Of a stretch of DNA of 52,946 nucleotides, positions 10,282-20,642 are shown piece after piece. The notes below the pieces were generated by a model. That model saw nothing but the letters and a program-made list of their open reading frames with translations, was not told the DNA's origin and ran no database searches. The position numbers and the translations under genes are program-made. Origin of the DNA: Nanobdellati archaeon (GTDB lineage: Archaea; EX4484-52; GLR71); assembly GCA_019429125.1 (NCBI GenBank), contig JAHYJO010000009.1, forward strand, positions 1 through 52,946, given 5' to 3'. Within the stretch, counting starts at the first letter, position 1; every line of letters begins with the position of its first letter.

Positions 10282-10548
10282 CCTACAAATAGTCTTATTC
10301 TTAATACTACCGAATTCTTCACTGCAAAACCAGATAGAAAAAAAAGAGTACTTATCCCCGCATATATAAGACGTAGTCTTGGTATAAAGTATCGGCAAGA
10401 GATACTTATCGGGTTCAAAATCAAATACAAACAAGTGTTCATAACCCGATCTGTAGACACTAAAGGCCGTATATATTTATCCTCTTCAATCTCTGATAAA
10501 GATAATATTTTCAGCGTTAAGACGCAAGTCTTAGGGAGAAATTCTTAA
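10267..10548 (+). CDS. AbrB/MazE/MraZ-like swapped-hairpin protein
   Basis: KPDRKKRVLIPAYIRRSLGI and RSVDTKGRIYL resemble two D-x-KGR-x-x-(I/L)P repeats; start uncertain. Confidence 0.55.
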   Translation: MNVFIPTNSLILNTTEFFTAKPDRKKRVLIPAYIRRSLGIKYRQEILIGFKIKYKQVFITRSVDTKGRIYLSSSISDKDNIFSVKTQVLGRNS

Positions 10549-10674
10549 TGGGTGAATGTATTCATAACAAGTTATAATAAGAACAATTTAAACATTAAAT
10601 CCATTATCAAATCTGGAAAAATTAATGTTCAAGATAGTGCGAGCTATATTGATATAAATAAGGTGGTAATATAA

Positions 10675-11049
10675 ATGAAATACGAAAAATGGATATCTGA
10701 AGACGATATAGATTGGACTAAAATGGAAGGTCTAGTGCCTGTAGTAGTACAGGATATAGAGACAAAAGATGTACTCATGTTGGCCTATGCCAATCGCGAA
10801 GCTGTCATAAAGACATTAGATACAAACCTTGCGACATACTGGAGCAGGTCAAGAGATGAGCTTTGGACAAAAGGTTTGACTTCTGGAAACACACAATATG
10901 TAAAACAGATATTTGCAGATTGTGATGAAGATGGTCCTGATGCATTACTGTATCTGGTAGAACCTAAAGGTCCGGCCTGTCACACAAATAATACTTCTTG
11001 TTTTTTCAGAGAAATTGCAATGAAAGGAGACGATACCTATGGTAAATAA
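10675..11049 (+). CDS. hisI: Phosphoribosyl-AMP cyclohydrolase
   Basis: [36 protein letters not shown]...SCF. Confidence 0.95.
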   Translation: MKYEKWISEDDIDWTKMEGLVPVVVQDIETKDVLMLAYANREAVIKTLDTNLATYWSRSRDELWTKGLTSGNTQYVKQIFADCDEDGPDALLYLVEPKGPACHTNNTSCFFREIAMKGDDTYGK

Positions 11050-11989
11050 AGAACTACTTAAGATGTATGTTCCAGACGGCAACCTTGAAAAATTTGTTAT
11101 GGGCCTTCTTGAATCTTCAGGTTTTGAACCTACTAAAAAAGATAGGGAATATAGAATTAATACAAATTCAGACCTCTGGGAATTTAAGCAGATGCGCCCA
11201 CAGGACCAACCATATCAAGTATCCAAAGGAAACGGTGACTTGTGTATAGTAGGTGAAGACATATTGCAAGAGTTTAACCTAAGATATCCAACTCTCTGTG
11301 ACAATGTCGAGATTCTTGAAACATTTGAGGGCAGACCAACAAAGTTAGTAGCTGTAGTCTTGGACGAGTTTTATAAGGGTATAACTGACTTGAATAGTTT
11401 TTTCACTTTAAAAGGCGAAGATGCAAGAGTCGCATCTGAATATCCATACATCACAAAAGATTATATAAAGACAAACTTTGGTCTTGACATTGATGTATAT
11501 CGGCCTCTTGGGAAAACTGAAGCAACTCTTATAGGACCAAGACCTGAGATGGATTTAATCTTTGAAACTACCGAAACAGGAAATACCATACGCGCAACCG
11601 GCGGGAAAATACTTGATACTATTATGGAATCAAGACAGGTTGCAGTTGTAAATTCCAAATCATACCAAGTGCCAGATAACTGCAAAAACATAGACAATCT
11701 CATGGAACAGTTTAGGGGTGTGATGTATTCAAACAAAAAAAATCTAAAAAAGCTTCAGGTAAATGTATTGGATAATAATGCAACTACGCCTGTGATTGAA
11801 TATCTTGTTGATAACGGCTATAGACCAACAGTCTCAAAAATATATCCGGAAGGGCAAGACATATACATTGTGCTCCCCGACCGAGATATTAAAGATATAA
11901 GTCCTTATCTCGCAGAACTAGGTTGCAGTGATATGGTTGTAACACCTTTGGAGCGTCTGCTTTATCCATCAAAAGGCGGTGTCTTATGA
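11039..11989 (+). CDS. hisG: ATP phosphoribosyltransferase (long form)
   Basis: [35 protein letters not shown]-terminal PTVSK regulatory domain. Confidence 0.88.
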   Translation: MVNKELLKMYVPDGNLEKFVMGLLESSGFEPTKKDREYRINTNSDLWEFKQMRPQDQPYQVSKGNGDLCIVGEDILQEFNLRYPTLCDNVEILETFEGRPTKLVAVVLDEFYKGITDLNSFFTLKGEDARVASEYPYITKDYIKTNFGLDIDVYRPLGKTEATLIGPRPEMDLIFETTETGNTIRATGGKILDTIMESRQVAVVNSKSYQVPDNCKNIDNLMEQFRGVMYSNKKNLKKLQVNVLDNNATTPVIEYLVDNGYRPTVSKIYPEGQDIYIVLPDRDIKDISPYLAELGCSDMVVTPLERLLYPSKGGVL

Positions 11990-12131
11990 AAATAAAAAAA
12001 TCACAAAAAAATACTATATCTCGGAGCATAGCTCCGGGGTAATATAACCTATTAAAAACCAATAAAAATATTATTGAAAGACCTTAAGATATAAATAAAA
12101 GACAACTAAATATATTTTAGATGTGTTAAGT

Positions 12132-13382
12132 ATGGCAGAATATCAACCTCCAAGAGGCATGAAAGACATAGTTCCAGACGAAATGGAAAGACGTAAATGG
12201 ATTTATACCAATATCCGAAACGTCCTTGACAGCTACGGCTACAGTGAAGTTGCGACCACAGAACTTGAAATGTGGGACACACTTGCCGCAAAAGCTGGTG
12301 AAGACAATCTTGGAGAGGTCTATGATTTCAAAGACAAAGGTGACAGACGACTAGCCCTACGATTTGATCTCACCTGTGGCATCGCACGAATGGTAGCAGG
12401 CATGCGCACACCAAAACCAATAAAATTATACGCAATAGGCAACGCCTGGCGATATGACGCACCGCAAAAAGGCAGATACCGTTGTTTCACACAGTGGGAT
12501 GTTGAACTTTTCGGCACAGACTCAACAGCCGCAGATGCAGAGATAATCTCCCTTTCATCAGACATCCTAAAAAGTTTAGGTCTTGATTTTGAGGTCCGAA
12601 TAAACAACCGAAAACTGGTAGAAAACATATTTAGTTATCTAAAAATAGATAAAAAATTATATTCAGGTGCCATGCGCACAGTCGACAAGATACCAAAACT
12701 ATCAGAATATGATATCTTGGAAGAGTTTAAAAATGCAGGCATCTCAAAATCCCAGGCCATATCCCTTTTAGAAGTTCTTGGCCGAAAAGGAAAACCAAAA
12801 GACCTAATTCTAATCTTAAGAAAAGAGTTCAAGGTAGACAAAAAAATCCAAGAATCAATCGACACACTTGAAAACCTTTTCGCCAACTTAGGAAAAGAGT
12901 GCATCCTTGATTTAAGTATCGTAAGAGGAATCGGTTATTACACCGGAATAGTTTTTGAAGCATTTGACCCTAAAGAAGAAAAACTTGGCTCACTTTTTGC
13001 AGGCGGCAGGTTTGACGGTCTTGTCGGAGTTTACGGCAAAGAAGACATGCCCGCAGTCGGAGTTGGCGGTGGTATTGAACGACTTCTAGAAGTAATGGGA
13101 CAAAAGAATGCCTTTGATAACCTGAAAAGACCAAAGTCAGTATTTATCGCGCCCATAAACGATAATGTCAGACCTTACGCAAAGAATGTTGCCACATCAA
13201 TGAGAAAGAACGGTTTTGTCACAGAACTTGACTTGACCGGGCGCAACCTAAAAAAGCAATTTGATTATGCCAACAAAAAAGGATTTTCATTTGTGGCAGT
13301 AATAGGTGACAAAGAAGAAGAGGAAAAATGTTTCATGTTGCGCGATATGGTCTCAGGCAAAGAAAAGAAGATGACTTTGTGA
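12132..13382 (+). CDS. hisS: Histidyl-tRNA synthetase
   Basis: PRGMKD, LRFDLT, RYDAPQKGRYRCFTQ, VRGIGYYTG, GGRFD, C-terminal anticodon domain. Confidence 0.97.
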   Translation: MAEYQPPRGMKDIVPDEMERRKWIYTNIRNVLDSYGYSEVATTELEMWDTLAAKAGEDNLGEVYDFKDKGDRRLALRFDLTCGIARMVAGMRTPKPIKLYAIGNAWRYDAPQKGRYRCFTQWDVELFGTDSTAADAEIISLSSDILKSLGLDFEVRINNRKLVENIFSYLKIDKKLYSGAMRTVDKIPKLSEYDILEEFKNAGISKSQAISLLEVLGRKGKPKDLILILRKEFKVDKKIQESIDTLENLFANLGKECILDLSIVRGIGYYTGIVFEAFDPKEEKLGSLFAGGRFDGLVGVYGKEDMPAVGVGGGIERLLEVMGQKNAFDNLKRPKSVFIAPINDNVRPYAKNVATSMRKNGFVTELDLTGRNLKKQFDYANKKGFSFVAVIGDKEEEEKCFMLRDMVSGKEKKMTL

Positions 13383-13400
13383 TTAAGGTGTCGATATCCC

Positions 13401-13969
13401 ATGCAAAACAATTCCAAAGACATTTACATAATAACAAAAAATAAAAGAAAGCTTATGGCTGCGCAATCAGTATTCACAAAATCAAAAATAAATCTGTTAT
13501 AATTAAAAGAAGACCCATTTGAAATCCAGGCAGACACAAGCGCAGAAATAGCAGAATACACAGCAAAACACATATCTAAAAAACATATAACCTAAATGTA
13601 ATTAGAGAAGACCACAGTCTAATCATAAACGCTTTAGGCGGAATCCCAGGCCCTTACGCAAATTTCATGGAACGAAAAGTCTCTGCAGAATTACTTCTTG
13701 AATTACTAAAAAACAAAGTTGACAGGACTGGTTATTTTGAACTTGCAGCAGTCTATGCAGAACCGACCGGGCTAATAAAACATTTCGTTTATCGTGTCAA
13801 TATCAAGATATCAGAAGTATTGAAAGGCACCAAAACAAACGGTTGGGATGAAGTATTAATTTTAGATAATGATACAAGAACGTTTGCCGAGTATGACGAA
13901 TCTGAAAGGTGTGATGTCTTGAATAAAAATTTCATAGAGATAGCCAAATTTATTGAAGACAAAAATTAA
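13401..13969 (+). pseudogene. Ham1/ITPase-family NTP pyrophosphatase, disrupted
   Basis: IYIITKNKRK...EIQ...REDHSLIINALGGIPGPY...GWD. In-frame TAA at 13500-13502 and a frameshift near the A-run at about 13578-13583. Confidence 0.8.
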
Positions 13970-14718
13970 TATAATTCAATCTTTTCAAGATACATAACCA
14001 TAGCATCCGTCCAGCATCCTTTACTGCTTAACACCCCTTTAATACTATGTATCAGTTTAAGTTCATTGTCAGGGATTACAAGTCCTTCTAAATTAGTGGT
14101 TGATTTGTACTTTTTAGTTCCTCTTACAATATCATGTATTGAATAAATCTCAATCCCATTTTGTTTCAAGTCCTTTTCCAATATGTTGTTGAAATGATTC
14201 TTACCTGATCGTTTTCCACCACTATTTTTTTTCCCATTCACAATTAGTACATAATGATACACATCTGAAAGCACTCCGAAACGTTCAAGAAATTCATATG
14301 TTGTAGTATTATGTATATGTTCAAATTCACCGGGAGTCTCTTTTAGTTTTTTTGTGAATTTTATGTTAAAGTCTTCTAAGTATCTTTTATCAACAAAACC
14401 ATAACCTAAAAATTTAGCACTGTTAACATCTAAAGGTTTAAGACTTTCAAATGCACTATTCTTGATACTTGCCTGTATGACATCAAATTTACCTACATCA
14501 TCATTCCACGCAAACCCAATCCTATCAACTTCATATCTTTGTGGTCCACTTATCATATTGATAGTAATCTCAATGCCACAACTTTCAGTGTTTACCTTAT
14601 GGGGATATTTAAATATTGGTTTTTCAAGAACAAGTATATCTGAATATCCGAGATAGTTAAGTAATGCATCAAAACTTGTTCTTTCAAATTTATCGCAGAC
14701 ATTCTCGCTTTTTACCAT
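13966..14718 (-). CDS. Hypothetical protein, 250 aa
   Basis: Long ORF with upstream TATA-like sequence; weak PD-(D/E)XK-like spacing. Confidence 0.7.
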   Translation of the reverse strand: MVKSENVCDKFERTSFDALLNYLGYSDILVLEKPIFKYPHKVNTESCGIEITINMISGPQRYEVDRIGFAWNDDVGKFDVIQASIKNSAFESLKPLDVNSAKFLGYGFVDKRYLEDFNIKFTKKLKETPGEFEHIHNTTTYEFLERFGVLSDVYHYVLIVNGKKNSGGKRSGKNHFNNILEKDLKQNGIEIYSIHDIVRGTKKYKSTTNLEGLVIPDNELKLIHSIKGVLSSKGCWTDAMVMYLEKIELY

Positions 14719-14824
14719 ATAAAAACCTGATAGGTCATATCAACCTTAATAAAGATTCAAATAATTATAATTAATATAATTTATTAAACTTTATAAATAT
14801 TTTTAACATCTAAAAGTGATTACA

Positions 14825-16618
14825 ATGAAATATGTACCCGATACCTCTGCAATAATTGAAGGAAAAGTCATGGAGATGATCCGTGACGGCAAGCTTAAAG
14901 GTACCCTAATCATTCCAGAATTTGTAGTATCCGAACTTGAAAACCAGGCAAACCACGGAAAAGAGATTGGTTTCACAGGTCTTGACGAACTGAAAGCGAT
15001 AAGAGATATTGCAAAAGAAAAAAAGATAACAATTACACAAATTGGCAGAAAACCAACAGCCGAAGAAATAAAGATGGCAGGTTCAGGCCGTATTGATGCG
15101 CTAATAAGAGATATTGCACGCGAAGAAAAAGCAACACTATTGACCGGCGACATCGTCCAGGCAAAGACAGCCGAAGCTGAAGGTGTGGATGTCCTCTATT
15201 TCGAGAAAGAGATGATTACAAGTTTCGCCCTTGAAGATTATTTTGACAAAGATACCATGTCAGTCCACTTAAAAGATGGCGCAACACCAAAAGCTAAAAA
15301 AGGAAAGCCGGGCGCATTTGAACTTGTAACATTGAGCAAAGAGTTGATAACAAAAGCAACACTTGAAAGCATAGCTCACGAGATTATGGAACTCAACCGC
15401 GTATCAGACGAATCCTTCACAGAAATCACAAGAAAAAACGTATCAGTAATCCAGCTCAAAGAATACAGAATAGCAATTACAAGACCACCATTTTCTGAAA
15501 AGATGGAGATAACAGCAATAAGGCCTATCACAAAAATATCATTACCTAAATACAACTTATCAGAAAAACTAATGTCAAGAATAACCAAAGACGCAGAAGG
15601 CATAATAATTGCAGGTCCTCCAGGTCACGGCAAATCCACATTGTGCCAGGCGCTTGCAGAATATTACAATGACCAAAAAAAGATAGTAAAGACCATGGAA
15701 AACCCGAGAGATCTTCAAGTGGGTTCAGACATAACTCAATACGGACTTTTAGAGGGTTGCATGGAAAAAACAGCAGAGATCCTTCTTCTAGTGCGACCTG
15801 ACATAACAATCTATGACGAGATTCGGCAGACTAAAGATTTTAGGATTTATTCAGACATGCGCCTTGCAGGAGTGGGTATGGTAGGCGTGGTCCATGCGAC
15901 AAGAGCAATTGATGTCATGCACAGGTTCATAGGTAGAATTGAGCTTGGCATGATACCACAAATTCTAGACACAATAATATTTGTCAAGGGTGGAAAAATT
16001 GAAAGCGTCTCATCTCTTGCACTGAAAGTCAAGGTACCTCACGGTATGGTAGAGAAAGACCTTGCAAGACCTGTGATTGACGTTTACGACTTTGAGACAG
16101 GTGACGTGACTCACGAGATATACACTTATGGTGATGAGACAGTTGTCATGCCTGTAGAAAATATTGATATTGAAGAGTCCCCTTTAAACCGTCTTGCAGA
16201 AGACAAGATACGAAAAGTGCTGAAAAAGTTCACAAGAAACCCAGACCTAAAGATAACTTCACCAAAAAATATACTCGTGCGCGTACCCAAAGAAGACATC
16301 TCAGCACTTATAGGTAAAAAGGGTGCAACCATATCAAGTCTTGAAGAAAAGCTAGGCATGCATATATCAGTTGAACCTATAGTCGAGACATTGAAAGAAA
16401 GTGCACCCTACAATATTTCAGAATCCGGCGGTTATATAAACATCTGTTTTGAAATGTCATACATAGGCATGATTGCAGACATCTACAAGGCCGACGATTT
16501 CTTATTCTCAGCAACTATTGGAAAGAAAGCGCAGATCAAAGTAAAAAAGCGCTCGGACATAGGCAAGAAAGTCATGCAAGGCGCAGTGATGAAAGACCTG
16601 AAAGTTCTGGTAGAATAG
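14825..16618 (+). CDS. PIN-domain ATPase with KH domain (PINA / PINc-VapC ATPase)
   Basis: N-terminal PIN (VPDTSAII...ELE...IDALIR), GPPGHGKST, MENPRDL, YDEIR, GVVHA, KH GKKG. Confidence 0.93.
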   Translation: MKYVPDTSAIIEGKVMEMIRDGKLKGTLIIPEFVVSELENQANHGKEIGFTGLDELKAIRDIAKEKKITITQIGRKPTAEEIKMAGSGRIDALIRDIAREEKATLLTGDIVQAKTAEAEGVDVLYFEKEMITSFALEDYFDKDTMSVHLKDGATPKAKKGKPGAFELVTLSKELITKATLESIAHEIMELNRVSDESFTEITRKNVSVIQLKEYRIAITRPPFSEKMEITAIRPITKISLPKYNLSEKLMSRITKDAEGIIIAGPPGHGKSTLCQALAEYYNDQKKIVKTMENPRDLQVGSDITQYGLLEGCMEKTAEILLLVRPDITIYDEIRQTKDFRIYSDMRLAGVGMVGVVHATRAIDVMHRFIGRIELGMIPQILDTIIFVKGGKIESVSSLALKVKVPHGMVEKDLARPVIDVYDFETGDVTHEIYTYGDETVVMPVENIDIEESPLNRLAEDKIRKVLKKFTRNPDLKITSPKNILVRVPKEDISALIGKKGATISSLEEKLGMHISVEPIVETLKESAPYNISESGGYINICFEMSYIGMIADIYKADDFLFSATIGKKAQIKVKKRSDIGKKVMQGAVMKDLKVLVE

Positions 16619-16728
16619 TTATCAGCATTTATATCTAATTCTCCAAAAAGTAACCCACCCAAGTGGTTCCATACTTATATACTGGCCACTCATCCAAAAA
16701 TATTCTACCTTAAAAAACGGTGAAAACT

Positions 16729-16962
16729 ATGGTAGAATTTGTAACAGTGAAAGAGGACGAGGTAAAATTCGGAGATAACAACTTCTTTGAGATAGCCTCC
16801 AAGAAAGCAGTGACTGATGAGGGTGAAAAGCCATTCATATCAATAACCCGCGGTTACTACAAAGACGGAAAAGACAAAAAGTTCACAAAAGTGATATCAA
16901 TACCCCACGACGGTGAAACCTTGAAAAAGGTAGTGGATGTCCTTGACAGCTTTGTGGCATAG
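16729..16962 (+). CDS. Conserved small archaeal protein, paralog A
   Basis: ATG after GGTGA RBS; oligo-T terminator; clearly similar to 17115-17378. Confidence 0.8.
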   Translation: MVEFVTVKEDEVKFGDNNFFEIASKKAVTDEGEKPFISITRGYYKDGKDKKFTKVISIPHDGETLKKVVDVLDSFVA

Positions 16963-16969
16963 GTTTGCC

Positions 16970-16998
16970 TTTTCCTTTTTTTCTTTTTTTCGTTTTTT
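16970..16998 (+). terminator. Oligo-T archaeal terminator
   Basis: TTTTTCCTTTTTTTCTTTTTTTCGTTTTTT immediately after the stop codon. Confidence 0.6.
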
Positions 16999-17114
16999 AT
17001 CCAATTCTCATAAGAAACCCGCACATTCATCAATAATATTTATAAAGCTTATATGTGAATTATAAATCAACACATAGTTGCCTAAAACAGGCTTAAAAAT
17101 ACAAGGTGAAACAA

Positions 17115-17378
17115 ATGTCAGATGAACATGTAAGTTTTGAAACAATAAAAGCTGAAGAAATACAGTTCGGCAAGAACAATTTTTTAGAGATTGCAAAGAA
17201 GAAAGCAATCACTGAAGAGGGTGAAAACGTATTCTTGTCAATCTCTCGAGGTTTTTTCTCGGAGATGGATGGTGAAAAGAGGAAAAAGTTCAGGAGCTCA
17301 ATCGCAATCCCTGACGAGAAAGATATAATTGATGCTGTTATGAAAGCATTCGAGAATGTTAACAACGCAAAGGCATAA
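17115..17378 (+). CDS. Conserved small archaeal protein, paralog B
   Basis: ATG after AGGTGA RBS; FETIKAEEIQFGKNNFLEIAKKKAITEEGENVFLSISRGFF; T-rich tract follows. Confidence 0.82.
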   Translation: MSDEHVSFETIKAEEIQFGKNNFLEIAKKKAITEEGENVFLSISRGFFSEMDGEKRKKFRSSIAIPDEKDIIDAVMKAFENVNNAKA

Positions 17379-17447
17379 ATAAGTCCTTTGCTTTTTATTT
17401 TTTTATTATTTTTATATAATAATAAAATTATTCTTTTATATCAGAAT

Positions 17448-17562
17448 GCCTTCGTAGCTCAGTTTGGATAGAGCACTTGCCTCCTAAGCAAGGGGTCGCG
17501 CGTTCAAAATCTGCAGTTCATCATTTTGGTGATGTCTGCAAAAGAAATTCGCGTCGGGGGCA
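17448..17562 (+). tRNA. tRNA-Arg(CCT) with 40-nt intron at 59/60 (17509-17548)
   Basis: Acceptor GCCTTCG/CGGGGGC, anticodon arm CTTGC-CTCCTAA-GCAAG, T arm GCGCG-TTCAAA[intron]T-CGCGT; intron forms a hairpin with a relaxed BHB. Confidence 0.85.
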
Positions 17563-17704
17563 TATTTTAATTCTTATCAAACATTAATATATTTGATAAG
17601 TCTAAAAATAAGATTAATTTAGCTCCCATTGGTATTCATCATATAGTTTAGAATAATAAAATCTCTGAAACAAATATTTAAACCACCAACTCCAATATAT
17701 ATTC

Positions 17705-18652
17705 ATGGTTTTCAAAGGCAGAAGCATAATTTCTATCCGTGACCTGTCTAAACCTGATATTCTTAAAATTCTTAAACGCGCAAAACAAATAGAACAGCTA
17801 ATCTCAAAAGACCCATCAAAACTTTTAACTTTAGCAGAAGACAAAGTCATAGCCTCTCTTTTCTTTGAGCCCAGCACAAGAACCAGATTATCTTTTGAGA
17901 CTGCAATAAACCGTTTGGGTGCAAAAGTCATAGGCTTCTCAGGAACTGAAGGCACATCAGTAAAAAAAGGCGAAACATTGAAAGACACAGCCTTGACAAT
18001 TGCTCAATACGCTGACATGATAGTTATGCGCCATCCGTTGGAAGGTAGTGCAAGATACGTTGCCGAAGTCACAGGGATACCGGTAATAAATGGCGGTGAT
18101 GGTGCAAACCAGCATCCAACCCAGACACTTCTTGACCTTTACACTATACTAAAAAATAAAGGTGACCTCTCAGGTCTCACAATAACTATGGTCGGTGACC
18201 TAAAATATGGCCGAACGGTCCACAGCTTAGCATACGCCTTGTCCTTATTTGACAATATTAATCTTATTTTTGTATCACCTGATGAGCTTAAGATGCCCGC
18301 ATACCTAGTTGATGAGATAAGAGAAAAGTCAGGCATAAAGATAACTGAAACGTCAGAGATTTCAGACGCAGTCCTAAAAAGCGATATAATCTACGTTACA
18401 AGAATCCAGAAAGAACGGTTCCCCGACCCTGAAGAGTATCATCGTCTAAAAACTACATACGTGATAGATAAAGAACTCATGTCTATGGTAAAACAAGATA
18501 CAATAATAATGCACCCGCTTCCAAGGGTGGATGAGATATCAACAGACATAGATTCCCTAGATAATGCAGTATATTTCAACCAGGCAGGCCTAGGTGTCCC
18601 AGTAAGGATGGCACTCATATCACTTCTTTTTGGTTATGGGATTTCATATTGA
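17705..18652 (+). CDS. pyrB: Aspartate carbamoyltransferase catalytic subunit
   Basis: FFEPSTRTRLSF, HPTQTLLD, GDLKYGRTVHS, MHPLPR. Confidence 0.97.
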   Translation: MVFKGRSIISIRDLSKPDILKILKRAKQIEQLISKDPSKLLTLAEDKVIASLFFEPSTRTRLSFETAINRLGAKVIGFSGTEGTSVKKGETLKDTALTIAQYADMIVMRHPLEGSARYVAEVTGIPVINGGDGANQHPTQTLLDLYTILKNKGDLSGLTITMVGDLKYGRTVHSLAYALSLFDNINLIFVSPDELKMPAYLVDEIREKSGIKITETSEISDAVLKSDIIYVTRIQKERFPDPEEYHRLKTTYVIDKELMSMVKQDTIIMHPLPRVDEISTDIDSLDNAVYFNQAGLGVPVRMALISLLFGYGISY

Positions 18653-18659
18653 GGTGTTT

Positions 18660-19133
18660 ATGGTGACTAAAGAAAAACAAGAGCTCGTAATAACAAAACT
18701 GAAAGACGGTACAGTCATAGATCATATACCTCAAGGCAGATCCCTTGACGTCCTTAAAGCTCTTAGCATCTTAAAAAAGACCAAAAACACAATCGCTCTC
18801 ATAATGTGTGTTGACAGCAAAAAGATAGGCAAAAAAGACTTACTAAAACTTAACAATTTTGAGTTGGGGCACATATCTTTAGGTAAAATTGCAGTTATAG
18901 CTCCAGGGTCAACGATTGCAATCGTAAAAGATTACAGAGTCATCTCAAAATGTCAGGCAGCAATTCCTGATGTACTCATATCCAGTCTTCGGTGCATAAA
19001 CTCAAATTGTATATCAAACGCAAAAGAAGATATAACCTCGCGCTTCAAGGTAGTCTCAAAGGAACCGTTAAAAGTCAGGTGCCATTACTGCGAGCGCACA
19101 TTCACAGGCGACGGGATAGTAGTTGATGTTTGA
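18660..19133 (+). CDS. pyrI: Aspartate carbamoyltransferase regulatory subunit
   Basis: GTVIDHIP, CINSNCIS, RCHYCE; ATG 18660 after GAGGTG. Confidence 0.95.
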   Translation: MVTKEKQELVITKLKDGTVIDHIPQGRSLDVLKALSILKKTKNTIALIMCVDSKKIGKKDLLKLNNFELGHISLGKIAVIAPGSTIAIVKDYRVISKCQAAIPDVLISSLRCINSNCISNAKEDITSRFKVVSKEPLKVRCHYCERTFTGDGIVVDV

Positions 19134-19206
19134 AGTTTCTTGCCACAACCTCAACTTTTATAAACTTAAAAATTTATATTAGACTTGTGGTGATAATTTA
19201 TGACTG

Positions 19207-19419
19207 GTGAATATCTTTGTTTCAATTCCTAAATCTGGACGGATAATATACGCAGTCATAAAATCAAACAGTTCAATATCTTATTCTCAGCTTCTTGAAA
19301 AGACAAACATACCGAAACGGACATTGTCATATGCGCTCTCAAAGTTAAAAGAGAAAGGTTTGATTATTGAGATGCCTAATTTCTTTGACATGCGAAATAA
19401 GAAGTATGTTGCGCAGTAG
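19207..19419 (+). CDS. Small winged-helix (MarR-like) protein
   Basis: SYSQLLEKTNIPKRTLSYALSKLKEKGLI...DMRNKKY. Confidence 0.8.
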   Translation: MNIFVSIPKSGRIIYAVIKSNSSISYSQLLEKTNIPKRTLSYALSKLKEKGLIIEMPNFFDMRNKKYVAQ

Positions 19420-19422
19420 GAA

Positions 19423-20040
19423 TTAAAGAACATCAACAATATCTATCTCAGACACCGCGCCCTCGCGCAATATCACAACTTTACCTTTTTCTACTTTACA
19501 TATTGTGCTTATCTTTTTTCTTTTAAGAGTCCCCGCATCAAGAATAAGGTCTACTTTATCCTTAAGCGCAGTACTAATAGCATCAATTGAATATGCAGTA
19601 GGTTCACCGCTTATGTTTGCGCTAGTGGCAGTGATTGCAGTATCAGATAAATGCGCTATCTCTTTTGCGATAACACAATCAGGAATTCTGAAAGTGAAAT
19701 ACGAACTGTGGATGTAATCTGGGATGTTATCTTTTTTTGCTACAGCAAGAGTCAAAGGCCCGGGCATGAATTTATTAACAATTTTTTTTTCAGAAGGCAT
19801 AAGATCGCAGAATCGTCCAGCCATATCTAAATCCGAAAGAATTGCTGTATAATTTTTTTCTTCTGGGCGATCTTTAGCGATATCAAGTTTAGCAATTGCA
19901 TCCTTATTAAGCATATCAGCGCCAACCGCATAAGCTGTATCAGTCGGATATATCACAAGACCTCCGTCTTTTATGATATCTGCTGCAACTTCAAGAATAG
20001 TCTTGTTAGGCGCATCTGGGTTAATCTTAATAAGCATCAT
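19423..20040 (-). CDS. L-threonylcarbamoyladenylate synthase (YrdC/TsaC, no SUA5 domain)
   Basis: YPTDTAY, KDRP, PGPLT, FRIPD, ATSANISG. Confidence 0.93.
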   Translation of the reverse strand: MMLIKINPDAPNKTILEVAADIIKDGGLVIYPTDTAYAVGADMLNKDAIAKLDIAKDRPEEKNYTAILSDLDMAGRFCDLMPSEKKIVNKFMPGPLTLAVAKKDNIPDYIHSSYFTFRIPDCVIAKEIAHLSDTAITATSANISGEPTAYSIDAISTALKDKVDLILDAGTLKRKKISTICKVEKGKVVILREGAVSEIDIVDVL

Positions 20041-20151
20041 ATTAATGTTTATGATGTTAATTTTAAAATATTGTTGATGTTTGAAGAGTAAAACTCATTA
20101 AGGTATTGATATATATGATGCAAGGCAGTCCTGCCGTTGGTAGAGTATAAT

Positions 20152-20642
20152 TTAAAATGTCCATTTTTCGATTCTGAAAAAATCGACAATATTTATGGAT
20201 TCAATTTCATAATTTTTACAGACAAAAGGAATTTTTATTTTATTTCCTCTTAATGTTTCTTCAGTCACAACAATTCTTTTTATTGAAAATAATGTATGTT
20301 GCGAATCAGTTGTCAATTCAACTGCTAAAGCGATAACCCATGGTCCGCATCATATTTTCGACTTATGTCTATTAGTGCTGGATATTTCTTCAAAATATCT
20401 TGGATTATAGTAATTTGCCTTGATGTTGGATTTTTAAAGAGGTTTACTTGTTTTTTTGTCCAATCAGATAATTGATCATCCGTTTGTCCTATCTCATTAA
20501 ACACTTCTTGAGGTGCAATCAATCTTCAACTATTGATTAACATTTCTAATTTTTTCCAGATGCTAGGGAAAACATCTAAAGGATTATTACTGTTTAATGT
20601 CACTAATGAAGATGTATCAATAATATAACAATTAGACTTCAT
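20152..20642 (-). pseudogene. DUF4411 PIN-like protein, disrupted
   Basis: MKSNCYIIDTSSL...FPSIW...EVFNEI...DADP(fs)WVIALA...VVTEE...KIPFVC; in-frame TGA at 20526-20528 and a 1-nt deletion near 20343. Confidence 0.8.
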
